A stretch of 64,000 bases of DNA from an uncultured Trueperaceae bacterium (GTDB lineage Bacteria > Deinococcota > Deinococci > Deinococcales > Trueperaceae), in NCBI GenBank assembly GCA_963815215.1, contig CAWFFU010000008.1:192001-256000 (forward strand), in the 5' to 3' direction. The notes under the pieces were generated by a model. The model was not told where the DNA came from and did not search any database. It saw only the letters and a list, made by a program, of their open reading frames with translations. Shown piece after piece: positions 49,655 through 59,127 of the stretch. Position 1 is the stretch's first letter. The number at the start of each line of letters is the position of its first letter. The translations under genes and the position numbers were made by a program.

Positions 49655-49718
49655 GGCCCCAAGGACACGCTAGGACCGCTGAGCGCGCAGAACGCCTCCC
49701 GTCCTCGTAGCATGCGTC

Positions 49719-50450
49719 ATGAACGCCTCCCCCTCTTCGCCCACGGCGCTCTGCCCCGTATGCGGGCGCACCCTTCCCTCGAGCGAGCTCGTTCCCGCCG
49801 CCCTGATTCGCGGCGGCGTGCGCGAGGCGATCGTTCGCGACCATCCTAGTTGGACGGGTGACGACGTGATCTGTCGCGATGACCTCGATCACTACCGGGC
49901 CGAGTACGTCCGAACCGTGCTGGAGGCCGACCGCGGCGACCTCGACCGTCTCGAGCGTCAGGTCGTCGAGGCGTTCCGCGACCAGGACCTGCTGAGCGAG
50001 AACATCAACGAGACGTTCGACCAGGAGCGAGGGGGAGGGCAACGACTGGCCGACGGCATCGCGACCTTCGGCGGCTCGTGGTCCTTCATCCTGGGCTTCC
50101 TGGTCGTCCTGGCGCTGTGGGTGGCGGTCAACGCCAGCCAGCTCCTACGCCACCCCTTCGATCCCTACCCGTTCATCCTCCTGAACCTTGTGCTGTCCTG
50201 TCTCGCCGCCATCCAGGCCCCAGTCATCCTGATGAGCCAGAACCGGCAGGAGGCCAAGGACCGGATGCGCGCCGAGTACGACTTCCGCACCAACCTGAAA
50301 GCGGAGCTGGAAGTGCGGCTGCTGCACGAGAAGCTCGACCACCTGCTACAGCACGCCTGGCAACGGCTGCTCGAGATCCAGCAGCTCCAGCTCGACCAGA
50401 TCGCGGAGCTCAATCGGCGACCGGACCCGCCGGCGTCCGGGGCGGCCTGA
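49719..50450 (+). CDS. DUF1003 membrane protein
   Basis: FGGSWSFI, FDPYPFILLNLVLS, QAPVILMSQNRQ, LHEKLDHL. Confidence 0.92.
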   Translation: MNASPSSPTALCPVCGRTLPSSELVPAALIRGGVREAIVRDHPSWTGDDVICRDDLDHYRAEYVRTVLEADRGDLDRLERQVVEAFRDQDLLSENINETFDQERGGGQRLADGIATFGGSWSFILGFLVVLALWVAVNASQLLRHPFDPYPFILLNLVLSCLAAIQAPVILMSQNRQEAKDRMRAEYDFRTNLKAELEVRLLHEKLDHLLQHAWQRLLEIQQLQLDQIAELNRRPDPPASGAA

Positions 50451-50702
50451 ACGCACCGGTAGGCGGCGCCATGAGGCGTCACGAAGATGGTCCGCAGGTT
50501 GGTCGATCAGGAGGTCCACATGGCACGCCCCACCCCCGACTTCAGGCCACGGCTTCCGTCGAGGACGGCAACCCCTCGGAGGTTGGCGCGACCGGCGAAG
50601 CAACCGCACACACACCTCCTGCGGCTGCGGTAGCGTGGCGTCACGGCGTCATGGGCACGGGCGCGCGCCGCGCCCACACGCACGAGCAGCCGGAGGATCG
50701 CG

Positions 50703-51758
50703 ATGGCGTCAGACCCTGAGAGTCGTACAACGGGAGGGCCGGAGAGCGCCCGTTCTCCGGGCCCCGGGAACGGGAGAGCCACGATCGCGAGCAGCGGGGC
50801 GGTGGACACCGGCCCGGTGAAGGAAACCCCCGAGTTCACCACCACAGCGGCCGGCCGCACCGGTTCCGTGCTCCGCGCGACCCGGCGCAAGGTGATCACC
50901 CTCGCCCGCCAGGAGGGCGTCAACGTCATCCTGCTCACGGCCGGCGCGCTGCTGTACGCCGCCGCCTTCGACCTCTTCCTGGTCCCCAGCAACGTGGCGC
51001 CCGGCGGGCTGGGTGGGCTGACGCTCGTCATCACCCACTACCTGCCGTGGCCGAACGGCGTCGTGCTGTTCGTGCTGAATATCCCCCTGCTGCTGATCGG
51101 GGCGTGGCAACTGGGCGGCCCGCCCTTCCTGGCGCGTACGCTCTACGTCGTCACCGCCGTCTTCATCGGCATCGACGCCTTGGCGCCCTACCTGCCGCGC
51201 GAGGGCGCGAGCCACGACCCCCTGCTCAATGCGCTCTACGGCGGGGCGGTCACCGGCATCGCCGGCGGGCTGGTCATCCGGGCGCGCGGCAACATCGGCG
51301 GCACCGGCATCCTCAGCCGCGTGCTACAGCGCCGCAGCGGCATCCCGATGGGTCAGGTCTACATGATGACCGACGGCATCATCGTGGTCCTCATGGGCGC
51401 GGTGTTCGGCTGGGACCGCGCGCTGTACTCGCTCGTCGCGCTTTTCGTCAACGGCCTGGCCACCGACTACGCGACCGAGGGCCCGTCCATCGTCCGGACC
51501 GTGTTCATCGTGACCGACCGGCCCGAGGAAGTCGCGGCAGCGCTGCAGATGCGCATGCACACCGGCGTCACGGCCTGGCGCGCCGAGGGCATGTACAGCC
51601 GCGGCGAACGCACCGTGCTCTTCTGCACCATCAACCGCACCGAGGTGCGCGAGCTGACGGGCATCGTGCGGGAGACCGACCACGAAGGCTTCCTGGTGGT
51701 CGGGCAGGGCCACCGCGCGCGCGGTGGCACCATCGGCAAGAGCGACAGCCCGGGCTAG
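50703..51758 (+). CDS. YitT family membrane protein (DUF161/DUF2179)
   Basis: APGGLGG, LNIPLL, GNIGGTGI, GVTAW.AEGMYS; start uncertain. Confidence 0.9.
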   Translation: MASDPESRTTGGPESARSPGPGNGRATIASSGAVDTGPVKETPEFTTTAAGRTGSVLRATRRKVITLARQEGVNVILLTAGALLYAAAFDLFLVPSNVAPGGLGGLTLVITHYLPWPNGVVLFVLNIPLLLIGAWQLGGPPFLARTLYVVTAVFIGIDALAPYLPREGASHDPLLNALYGGAVTGIAGGLVIRARGNIGGTGILSRVLQRRSGIPMGQVYMMTDGIIVVLMGAVFGWDRALYSLVALFVNGLATDYATEGPSIVRTVFIVTDRPEEVAAALQMRMHTGVTAWRAEGMYSRGERTVLFCTINRTEVRELTGIVRETDHEGFLVVGQGHRARGGTIGKSDSPG

Positions 51759-51767
51759 CGTCAGGGG

Positions 51768-52679
51768 TCAGTTGGAGCGTCGCGAGATGAGCGCGTAGAA
51801 GGCGACCGTCAGGATCAGCACCACGATCAGGAGCCCGAACGACGCCGCCGAGGCCTCGTTGATGTTGAGTCCCAGGAAGGCCTTGCGATAGACGAAGTAG
51901 CTCAGCACGTCCGTCGCGATCCCCGGCCCCCCCTTGGTCAGCACGTAGAACAGGTCGTAGGCCCGGAACTCGTTGATCAACTGGATGATCACGGCGACGG
52001 CAGCCACGGGCCGGATCAACGGGAGCGTCAGATAGAGGAAGCGCTGCGGGGCCGACGCGCCGTCGATCGCCGCCGCCTCGTAGGGCTCGGTGGGCAGAGC
52101 CGACAACCCGGCGGTGAGGATCAGAACGACGAACGATACCTGCTGCCAGATATCGACCAGCACGACACTCCAGAACGCGAGCGTGGTGGACCCGAGCCAG
52201 TCGGGTTGGGGGAGGCCCAGCGTCCCCAGCACGTGGTTGACGATCCCCAGATTGGGCTGCAGCAGCATGTGCCAGATCAACGCCACGCTCACCGGAGACA
52301 TCGCCATCGGGATCGTCAGGATCGCGTAGTAGACGCCCTTCATCCGCAGGTCCTGGTTGAGCAGCAGGGCGATCCCCATCCCCAGGGCGATCTCCCCAGT
52401 GACGGTGACGAAGGAGTAGCCCACGGTCAACCACAGGGAGTGCCAGAAGTAGGGATCGTGGACGCTCTCCTTGATGTTCGCCAGGCCGGTGAACGGGAGC
52501 AGATCGGTGTGCAGGAAGGTGTAGCTGGAGAAGGCCAGCACGATCGCCAGCACCAGGGGCACGGCCACGACCAGTAGGAGCAGGCCGAGACCGGGAGCCG
52601 CGAAACCCCAGCCCTCGAGCCGAACCCTCGCGCTCAGGCGCCTGGTGCGTGCGCTCGCTGTTGTCGTGCGCTGGACCAT
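51768..52679 (-). CDS. Carbohydrate ABC permease (MalF-like)
   Basis: YEAAAIDGAS EAA loop, LTKGGPG. Confidence 0.93.
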   Translation of the reverse strand: MVQRTTTASARTRRLSARVRLEGWGFAAPGLGLLLLVVAVPLVLAIVLAFSSYTFLHTDLLPFTGLANIKESVHDPYFWHSLWLTVGYSFVTVTGEIALGMGIALLLNQDLRMKGVYYAILTIPMAMSPVSVALIWHMLLQPNLGIVNHVLGTLGLPQPDWLGSTTLAFWSVVLVDIWQQVSFVVLILTAGLSALPTEPYEAAAIDGASAPQRFLYLTLPLIRPVAAVAVIIQLINEFRAYDLFYVLTKGGPGIATDVLSYFVYRKAFLGLNINEASAASFGLLIVVLILTVAFYALISRRSN

Positions 52680-52706
52680 CTCACGTCCGTTCGGTGTGCG
52701 CGCCGC

Positions 52707-52740
52707 GCTCCGGGGAACGGCTCGTGCCGTTCCCCGGAGC
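52707..52740 (-). promoter_or_regulatory. 15-bp intercistronic stem-loop after the binding-protein gene
   Basis: GCTCCGGGGAACGGC-tcgt-GCCGTTCCCCGGAGC. Confidence 0.65.
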
Positions 52741-52764
52741 ATGCGGAGCTTGCGCCAAGACGAG

Positions 52765-54063
52765 CTACTGCTTCTTGGCCTTGGTCAGGAGCTGCTGGAG
52801 ACCGTCGGACGCAGCCTTCAGGGCGTCGGCGGGCTTCGCCTGGTTGGCGGCTGCGAGCGAGAGCTGGCGGCCGAGAACATCCTCGTACTGAGCCGAGTAG
52901 GTGAAGACCGGGAAGGCTTCGCCGCTCTGGACGACGGCTTCGGCCTGCTTGTAGTAGGGGTACTTGGCCAGGACGGACGGATCCTCGAAGACGTCGCTGC
53001 GCACCGGCGCGTGGCCCTGAAGGGCGCGCTCGACGGCCACCTTCTTCGACTGGACCCAGCTGATGAACTTCCAGGCCGCGTCCTTGAGCTGCGGGCTCTC
53101 GTTGTGCGGGATGGCCCAACCCCAGCCGCCGCTCTCGCCGTGCCCACCGGGCATGACGCCAAGCGCCACCTTGCCGGCCACATTGGGGCAGGAGGAGGCA
53201 TCATCGAGCTGCGGGAGCATCCACCAGTACGTCACCATGCTCCAGGCCTTGCCCTGGCACATGAGCTGGAAGGTGTCGTCGAGGGTCGCCGACAGGGCAC
53301 CCTTCTGGGAAGCGTTCTGGATGTTGTCGACGTAGAGGTTGAGGGCGTTGAGCGCCGCCGGCGAGTCGAGGGTCACGTTGCCGTTGGCGTCCAGGTAGTG
53401 GCCGCCGGCGGCGAACAGGTAGTTCGAGAACTCCATGCTGTTGGGATCGCCGCGCTGGCCCTGCATGGCCGCCCCGGCGACGCCGGCGTGGGCGTTCATG
53501 AACTTGCTGACCTGCACGTAGTCCTCGAGCGTCGTTGGGAGCTCGAGCTTGCGGTTGTACTGGGCCTGATAGGCGCTCTGGAGCGCGGGATCCGCGAGCA
53601 GGTCCTTGCGGTAGATGATGCCCATCGAGTAGTTGTACATGGGGATCATGTAGAGCTTCTTGTCGAAGTTCCCGACCAGATCCAGCATCGACGGGATGAA
53701 GGGCTTGAGGTCGAAGCTCGTCTTGTCGACGTAGGGCTGGAGTGGCTCCAGCCAACCGGCCGCGGGGAACTCGCCGGCCCACAGGAAGTCGACTTCGAGG
53801 ACGTTGTAGTAGCTCGAGGACGCCACGAGCTGCGTCAAGAGCTTGTCGTGCATCTCCGAGTACACCAGCTTCTGGATGTCGACCTTGATCCCCGTCTGCT
53901 GCTCGAACTCCGGCAACAGGTTCTCGATGATGTGCGTTTCCGGCACGTCCTCCATGAGGATGTGCAGCGTGGCGCCTTGCGCGCTGGCGTTCGAGACCAC
54001 GAACATCATGGCGAACGCGACGGCGACAACGGTCGCCAACCAGGCTCTCCCCTTCTTCTGCAT
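52765..54063 (-). CDS. Sugar ABC substrate-binding protein
   Basis: Signal peptide, FEQQTGIKV, YRKDLL, GGWGWAIP; AAGGAG RBS before ATG 54063. Confidence 0.93.
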   Translation of the reverse strand: MQKKGRAWLATVVAVAFAMMFVVSNASAQGATLHILMEDVPETHIIENLLPEFEQQTGIKVDIQKLVYSEMHDKLLTQLVASSSYYNVLEVDFLWAGEFPAAGWLEPLQPYVDKTSFDLKPFIPSMLDLVGNFDKKLYMIPMYNYSMGIIYRKDLLADPALQSAYQAQYNRKLELPTTLEDYVQVSKFMNAHAGVAGAAMQGQRGDPNSMEFSNYLFAAGGHYLDANGNVTLDSPAALNALNLYVDNIQNASQKGALSATLDDTFQLMCQGKAWSMVTYWWMLPQLDDASSCPNVAGKVALGVMPGGHGESGGWGWAIPHNESPQLKDAAWKFISWVQSKKVAVERALQGHAPVRSDVFEDPSVLAKYPYYKQAEAVVQSGEAFPVFTYSAQYEDVLGRQLSLAAANQAKPADALKAASDGLQQLLTKAKKQ

Positions 54064-54145
54064 GTCCGTCTCCTTGTCGATACGTCGTCGGGTACGTGGG
54101 TTGATGCGTGCGCCGGACTTCACGATCGTGCTGTCTGACACCTCC

Positions 54146-54985
54146 CTACTTGACCGCGCCGAAGGTCAGGCCGCGGACGAGATAGCGTTGGATGAACCGA
54201 GACGCCACCACCAGCGGCAGGATGCCGAGGATGACTCCGGCAGAGATCTCGGCGATGAGGACACCGTTCTGCGATTGCAGCCCCGCCAGCGTCACGGGGA
54301 TCGTGGCCGTCGAGGGGCCGCTCAGGATGAGCGCGAACAGGAACTCGTTCCAGGCCAGGATGAAGCCGAGAACGGCGGCCGCAGCGATGCCCGGGGCGGC
54401 GACGGGCACGACGATCCTCCAGAATGCGCTCCAGCGTGTGGCGCCGTCGACCATGGCCGCCCACTCCAGCTCCACCGGCACGCCCTCGAAGAACCCCATC
54501 AGGATCCACGTCATGAACGGGAAGTTCAGCCCGACATACGCCAGGCCGATGCCGACGATGGAGTTGGTCAGGCCGATCGCCCGGAAGATGGTGAAGATCG
54601 GTAGCACCAGTGCCACCGGCGGCAGCATCTGGGTCGCCAGCACCATGAAGCGCGCGGCCTGTCCTCCGGTCCGGAACCGCGCGAAGGCATAGCCCGTCAT
54701 GGCGGCGATGGGTACGCCGAACGCCGTAGAGCCGCCGGCAGCCAGGAAGCTGTTCAGGTAGGTGCGCCCGAAGTCGTGGTACTCGAACAGGCGAAGGTAG
54801 TTGCCGAAGGTGAGGGCCGGGAAGAGGGCAGCGCTGTAGGCACGCGCCTCCGGCACCAGGCTCGTTCGGAGCACCCACAGCAGAGGCAGCAGGATGTACA
54901 GCGAGAACAACGCCAGGGCGAGGTGGGCGAAGATCTTGCCCCACCGGATGGTCCGGCGCGGTGTCACCGATCGCTGTGCCTGCAC
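54146..54985 (-). CDS. Carbohydrate ABC permease (MalG-like)
   Basis: ELEWAAMVDGAT, AWNEFLFA, QRYLVRGLTFGAVK. Confidence 0.93.
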   Translation of the reverse strand: MQAQRSVTPRRTIRWGKIFAHLALALFSLYILLPLLWVLRTSLVPEARAYSAALFPALTFGNYLRLFEYHDFGRTYLNSFLAAGGSTAFGVPIAAMTGYAFARFRTGGQAARFMVLATQMLPPVALVLPIFTIFRAIGLTNSIVGIGLAYVGLNFPFMTWILMGFFEGVPVELEWAAMVDGATRWSAFWRIVVPVAAPGIAAAAVLGFILAWNEFLFALILSGPSTATIPVTLAGLQSQNGVLIAEISAGVILGILPLVVASRFIQRYLVRGLTFGAVK

Positions 54986-55037
54986 GGTTCCTGCCTCCTC
55001 GCCGAAGCCGGCGTCGTCAATCGCCTTCCGGTCGCGA

Positions 55038-55820
55038 TCAGAAGATGAACGCTCCGCCGTTGACCTCGACCGATTCGCCGGTCAGGAAATCGGCGTCGGC
55101 CCCGGCGAGGAACGACACCACGGCAGCCACGTCGTCGGGCTCCTCCAGGCGGCCGAGGGGCGTCTGCCCGACGTAGTCGGCGACCACCTCGTCCGGCGTC
55201 ATGCCCCTCAAGGAGGCCTCCCAGCCGACCTCACGCTCCTGCATCGAGGTGCGCACGAAGCCCGGGTTAACGGCGTTGACCGTCACGCCGAGTGGCGCCA
55301 ACTCCTTCGCTGCAGCGTGGACGAGGCCGGTCACGGCGAACTTGGACGCCGAGTAGTGCGCCAGGAAGGGCGCGCCCTGGCGGGCCGCCATGGAGGCCGT
55401 CGCAACGATCTTGCCGCGGTGGCGCTCCCCCGCCAGTCGCTCCTGGCGGACCATCCGTCTCCCCACGCACTGCATGGTCAGGAAGGCGCCCTTCGCGTTC
55501 ACGGCGAAGTTGCGGTCCCAGTCCTCGTCGGTCAGCTCGAGGAAGGCACGCATCGACGACACCCCGGCGTTGGCCGACAGGACGTCGATGCGCCCGTCCT
55601 CGCGGTAGGCCGCATCGACGGCAGCCTCGACGCTCGACCGGTCGGTCACGTCGCAGCGCAGCGCTCGGATGCGCGCCCCCTCCCCGATCTCATCGGCCAC
55701 GGCGCGCGCCCGTTCGTCGTCTAGATCGGCGATCCACACCTTGAATCCGTCGGCGTGCAACCTGCGGACGATCGATCTCCCGATGCCCGACCCGCCGCCG
55801 GTCACGAACGCGGTCTTCAT
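55038..55820 (-). CDS. SDR oxidoreductase (polyol/diol dehydrogenase-like)
   Basis: TGGGSGIG, NAGV, YSASK, PGFVRT. Confidence 0.93.
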   Translation of the reverse strand: MKTAFVTGGGSGIGRSIVRRLHADGFKVWIADLDDERARAVADEIGEGARIRALRCDVTDRSSVEAAVDAAYREDGRIDVLSANAGVSSMRAFLELTDEDWDRNFAVNAKGAFLTMQCVGRRMVRQERLAGERHRGKIVATASMAARQGAPFLAHYSASKFAVTGLVHAAAKELAPLGVTVNAVNPGFVRTSMQEREVGWEASLRGMTPDEVVADYVGQTPLGRLEEPDDVAAVVSFLAGADADFLTGESVEVNGGAFIF

Positions 55821-55821
55821 G

Positions 55822-57303
55822 TCATGCACGAGCAGCCTCCAAGAGTTCCGGATAGAAGCTTCGAAGTCGCTGATAGAGCTCCCGGTAGACGGCGTACAGC
55901 TCTCGGTAACGGCGCGAAGCCGGGCCGTCGGGCGCCGTTGTCCCCTCTTCGCGCACGAAGCCCGGGACGTCCTCCCACGCCCAACTGCCCGCGGACACCC
56001 CCGCCAGCAGCGCGACGCCGAGCGCGCTCCCACTCTCGCCGCCGCGCAGGTGGATCACGTCACGATCGAGCACGGCCGCCAGGATCGACCGCCATACCTC
56101 GCTTCGGGCGCCGCCGTCCATCATGGTGACGCGGCCGATGGAGTAACCGGCTTGCTCGAGAACGTCGACGTGGTGGCGGAATGCGAACGCCACGCCCTCG
56201 AGGACGGCGCGATGCACGTGCGCCGGGCCGTGGGAGAGCGTGAGTCCGACGATCGTGCCCCGCGCCAGCGGATCGTGGATGGGCGTCTTCTCCCCCAGGA
56301 AGTAGGGGAGCAACAGCAGGCCGTCCGCACCGGGCTCCAGCTCCCCCGCCATCAGGTCCAGCTCGCGGAAACTACGCTCGGGCGCGAAACGACTCTGGAA
56401 CCACTTGACCAGAGATCCCGAGGACGCCATGCAACCGTTCACGACGAACCGCCCGGGCACGTCGTGGTAGTCGATGAAGAGCTCGCGAACGGGCTCGAAC
56501 GTGTCGGTCGCGTACAGGAAGTCCCCGGCGCCACCGAACTTCATCACGACGTCGCCGGGATGCTGGAGCCCCGCGGCGAACGCCGCCGCGATATGGTCGG
56601 CGCTTCCCGCGATCAGTGGCGTGCCCGTCGCCAGCCCCGTCGCCTCGCTCGCCGATGCTCCGACGGCGCCCACGATGTCGTGCGGTCGCCTCACGTCGCG
56701 TAACTGCTGCGCGGAGGCGCCGGCAGCGTCCAGGATCTCCTCGAGCCAGCTGCCACCGGCGACGTCCCACAGGCCGGACTCGATCGCCCAGTTGGACTCC
56801 GTGTACGGTTCCGCTCCCAGGCGCTCGGTGATGTACTCGTACGACCCGGTGACGCGCCGGACCTTCGACCACGTCTCGGGCTCGTGCCGCCTGAGCCACA
56901 GGAGCTTCGGCGCGACGAGCTGCTGGTTCCAGGTGGCTCCCGTGCGAGCGAACAGCGCGTCCTCGTCGAAGCGCTCGGCGAACCACCGCACTTCGTCGTG
57001 CGCGCGGGCATCGTTCTGCTGGATCGACGGTCGCACGGGCCGGTCACGCTCATCGAGGCCGATGACCGCCGGCACCATGCCGGAGACCCCCACGGCGCGG
57101 ACCGCCGACGCCTCCCTACCGTCGAGGAGCGACCGGAGCACGGCGACCGCGCCGGCCCACCAGTCCTCCGGGTCCTCCTCGGCCCACGTCGGATGCGGGT
57201 TGCTGAGGTCGTGACCGTGCTCCGTCACGGCCAGCACGCGGGCGTCGTCGTCGAGCAGGATGCCCTTGACGGCGGTCGTCCCTACGTCGACGCCCACGAT
57301 CAC
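55822..57303 (-). CDS. FGGY family carbohydrate kinase (xylulokinase-like)
   Basis: VGVDVGTTAVK, QNDAR, PKLLW, PYFLGEKTP, DGGARS. Confidence 0.93.
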   Translation of the reverse strand: MIVGVDVGTTAVKGILLDDDARVLAVTEHGHDLSNPHPTWAEEDPEDWWAGAVAVLRSLLDGREASAVRAVGVSGMVPAVIGLDERDRPVRPSIQQNDARAHDEVRWFAERFDEDALFARTGATWNQQLVAPKLLWLRRHEPETWSKVRRVTGSYEYITERLGAEPYTESNWAIESGLWDVAGGSWLEEILDAAGASAQQLRDVRRPHDIVGAVGASASEATGLATGTPLIAGSADHIAAAFAAGLQHPGDVVMKFGGAGDFLYATDTFEPVRELFIDYHDVPGRFVVNGCMASSGSLVKWFQSRFAPERSFRELDLMAGELEPGADGLLLLPYFLGEKTPIHDPLARGTIVGLTLSHGPAHVHRAVLEGVAFAFRHHVDVLEQAGYSIGRVTMMDGGARSEVWRSILAAVLDRDVIHLRGGESGSALGVALLAGVSAGSWAWEDVPGFVREEGTTAPDGPASRRYRELYAVYRELYQRLRSFYPELLEAARA

Positions 57304-57305
57304 GG

Positions 57306-58157
57306 TCAGGTCCCCCGGACGCCGCGGACGATGTCCATGAAACGGGCGGCCCGCTCCGGGTCGACCGGATTCCAGGTGTCGCCGTCGACCTTCAGGGAGG
57401 TCCCCACCACGCAACCGTCGGCGAGCTCAAGGATCTGCGCCACGTTGTCATGGCGCACGCCGGTGTTCGCCAGGACGGGCACCTCCCCGAGCTGCTGCTT
57501 GGCGCTGCCGATGTGCTCGAGGGGGGCCGCCTGCCCGGTCATCGGACCGGAGACCAGGATGGCGTCCGCGAGACTCGAGAACACCGCGCTCCTGGCACGC
57601 TCCGCGACGCTCCGGTGGTCCAGCGGGGAGGCGAACTCCGCGGTGACGTTGAAGAGCAGGAAGAGGTCGTCACGCGCCACCTGGCGGCGATAGCGGAGGG
57701 CGGCGCCGGCGTTGCCCTGCCACAGCCCCATGTCCGAACCGTAGACGCCGGTGAAGATCTCGCGCGCGAAGACCGCGCCGGTGGCGGCCGCCAGGCCGAT
57801 CGTGCTCATCGGATCCCACAGGACGTCCACCCCGAAGGGGACAGCGATGTCCTCGTGCAGGCGCCCGATCACGTAGGCCATGCCCGCGGTCGAGGCGGCG
57901 TCCACCTCCAGCTGGTACGGCCGATCGTTCTCGTTTCCGAACATCACCGCGTCCACACCGGCTTGCTGCAGCGCGAGCAGATCGGCCCGCGCCGCGCGCA
58001 CGATGCCCTCCATCCCCTGGGAGGCGTCGTAGCCCGGCGTTCCGGGCAGCGCGCCGATGTGCACCATCGCGATGATGGGCTTGATCACTCCGAAGAGGCG
58101 CTCGAGCCCGCCGGGGCGCGCTGCGTCGGAACGTTGACTCGTTTCGGGCTGGGTCAT
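57306..58157 (-). CDS. BtpA/SgcQ family protein
   Basis: KPIIAMVH..LPGTP, GVDAVMFGNENDRPY, DAILVSG..TG, ANTGV, VGTSLK. Confidence 0.92.
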   Translation of the reverse strand: MTQPETSQRSDAARPGGLERLFGVIKPIIAMVHIGALPGTPGYDASQGMEGIVRAARADLLALQQAGVDAVMFGNENDRPYQLEVDAASTAGMAYVIGRLHEDIAVPFGVDVLWDPMSTIGLAAATGAVFAREIFTGVYGSDMGLWQGNAGAALRYRRQVARDDLFLLFNVTAEFASPLDHRSVAERARSAVFSSLADAILVSGPMTGQAAPLEHIGSAKQQLGEVPVLANTGVRHDNVAQILELADGCVVGTSLKVDGDTWNPVDPERAARFMDIVRGVRGT

Positions 58158-58178
58158 TCGGGCCTCCAAGAACGGCAT

Positions 58179-58937
58179 CTATACGAACTCGATCCGCAGC
58201 GAATCGTCGTCGAGGTCGCCGACCGACTCCCGGGACGCTTCGTCGGTGACGAGCATCGAGATCTCTTCGAGACGGCACACGCGGGCGAACGAGCGCCGGG
58301 CGAACTTACTGCTGTCGGCCAGAAGCACGGTGGTCCTCGCCGCGGCCAGCGCCAGGCGCTTCACCTCGGCCTCCTCTACGGTGCTGTTGGAGATCCCGAC
58401 ACGGTCGATGGCGTCGGCTCCCATGAAGAACAGGTCGACGGAGAGCGAGCGGAGCGTCTGCTCGGCCCAGGGACCGACCAGGCTGAACAGGCCGTTGCGG
58501 ACGCGTCCGCCCGGTGTCCAGACCTCGGCACCCTCCTCCGCAGCCAGGGCGGACGCCGAGGGCAAATCGAGGGCGATCGCGGTGATGGGCCGGCCCGCCA
58601 GGCGTCTCGCCAGCTCGAGCACCGTCGTCCCCGAGTCGAGAACGATCGTCGCACCGTCTGGCACGAGCCCCGCGGCGTACTGCGCGATGCGCGCCTTCTC
58701 CGCTTGCATGCGCTGGGTCTTCTCAGCGTAGGGGGCCTCCTTGGCCGTTCCGCCGTGCAGGATCACGGCGCCACCGTGCGTTCGGTCGACAGCCCCGCGT
58801 GCGGCGAGCTCCTCGAGGTCGCGACGGACCGTGGCCGCCGAGACGCCGAGCTCGTCGGCGAGCTCGTGCGTTCGGGCTCCGCCACGCTTGTTGAGAAGCT
58901 GCACGATGCGCTCGAGCCTCTCCGGCCGCAGTTCCAT
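58179..58937 (-). CDS. DeoR/GlpR family regulator
   Basis: VSAATVRRDL, RTHGGA, LDSGTT, ADSSKF. Confidence 0.94.
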   Translation of the reverse strand: MELRPERLERIVQLLNKRGGARTHELADELGVSAATVRRDLEELAARGAVDRTHGGAVILHGGTAKEAPYAEKTQRMQAEKARIAQYAAGLVPDGATIVLDSGTTVLELARRLAGRPITAIALDLPSASALAAEEGAEVWTPGGRVRNGLFSLVGPWAEQTLRSLSVDLFFMGADAIDRVGISNSTVEEAEVKRLALAAARTTVLLADSSKFARRSFARVCRLEEISMLVTDEASRESVGDLDDDSLRIEFV

Positions 58938-58970
58938 CGCCACCCCGTTCCTCAGCGTCGTATGGGAGTG

Positions 58971-59000
58971 ATTATGGACGTAGTTGCGTGTTTTTGTCAA
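58971..59000 (-). promoter_or_regulatory. Promoter TTGACA-N18-CATAAT of the DeoR-BtpA operon
   Basis: TGTCAA at 58995-59000 and ATTATG at 58971-58976 in an AT-rich patch. Confidence 0.75.
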
Positions 59001-59127
59001 TACATGCTCATTTATGCGCACTTGTGACGGGCAGGCATGCCCTACACCCGTCCGCCGCGTGTGCCGGCTTCGACGGGGCGCATCCCCCAGGACCGCCGCG
59101 TCACCGCGCACCGCGTATCATCAGAGC

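Noticed and set aside
50451..50702. 250-nt gap before yitT as a possible riboswitch or small gene
   Set aside because: No recognisable motif, convincing hairpin set or coding signal.
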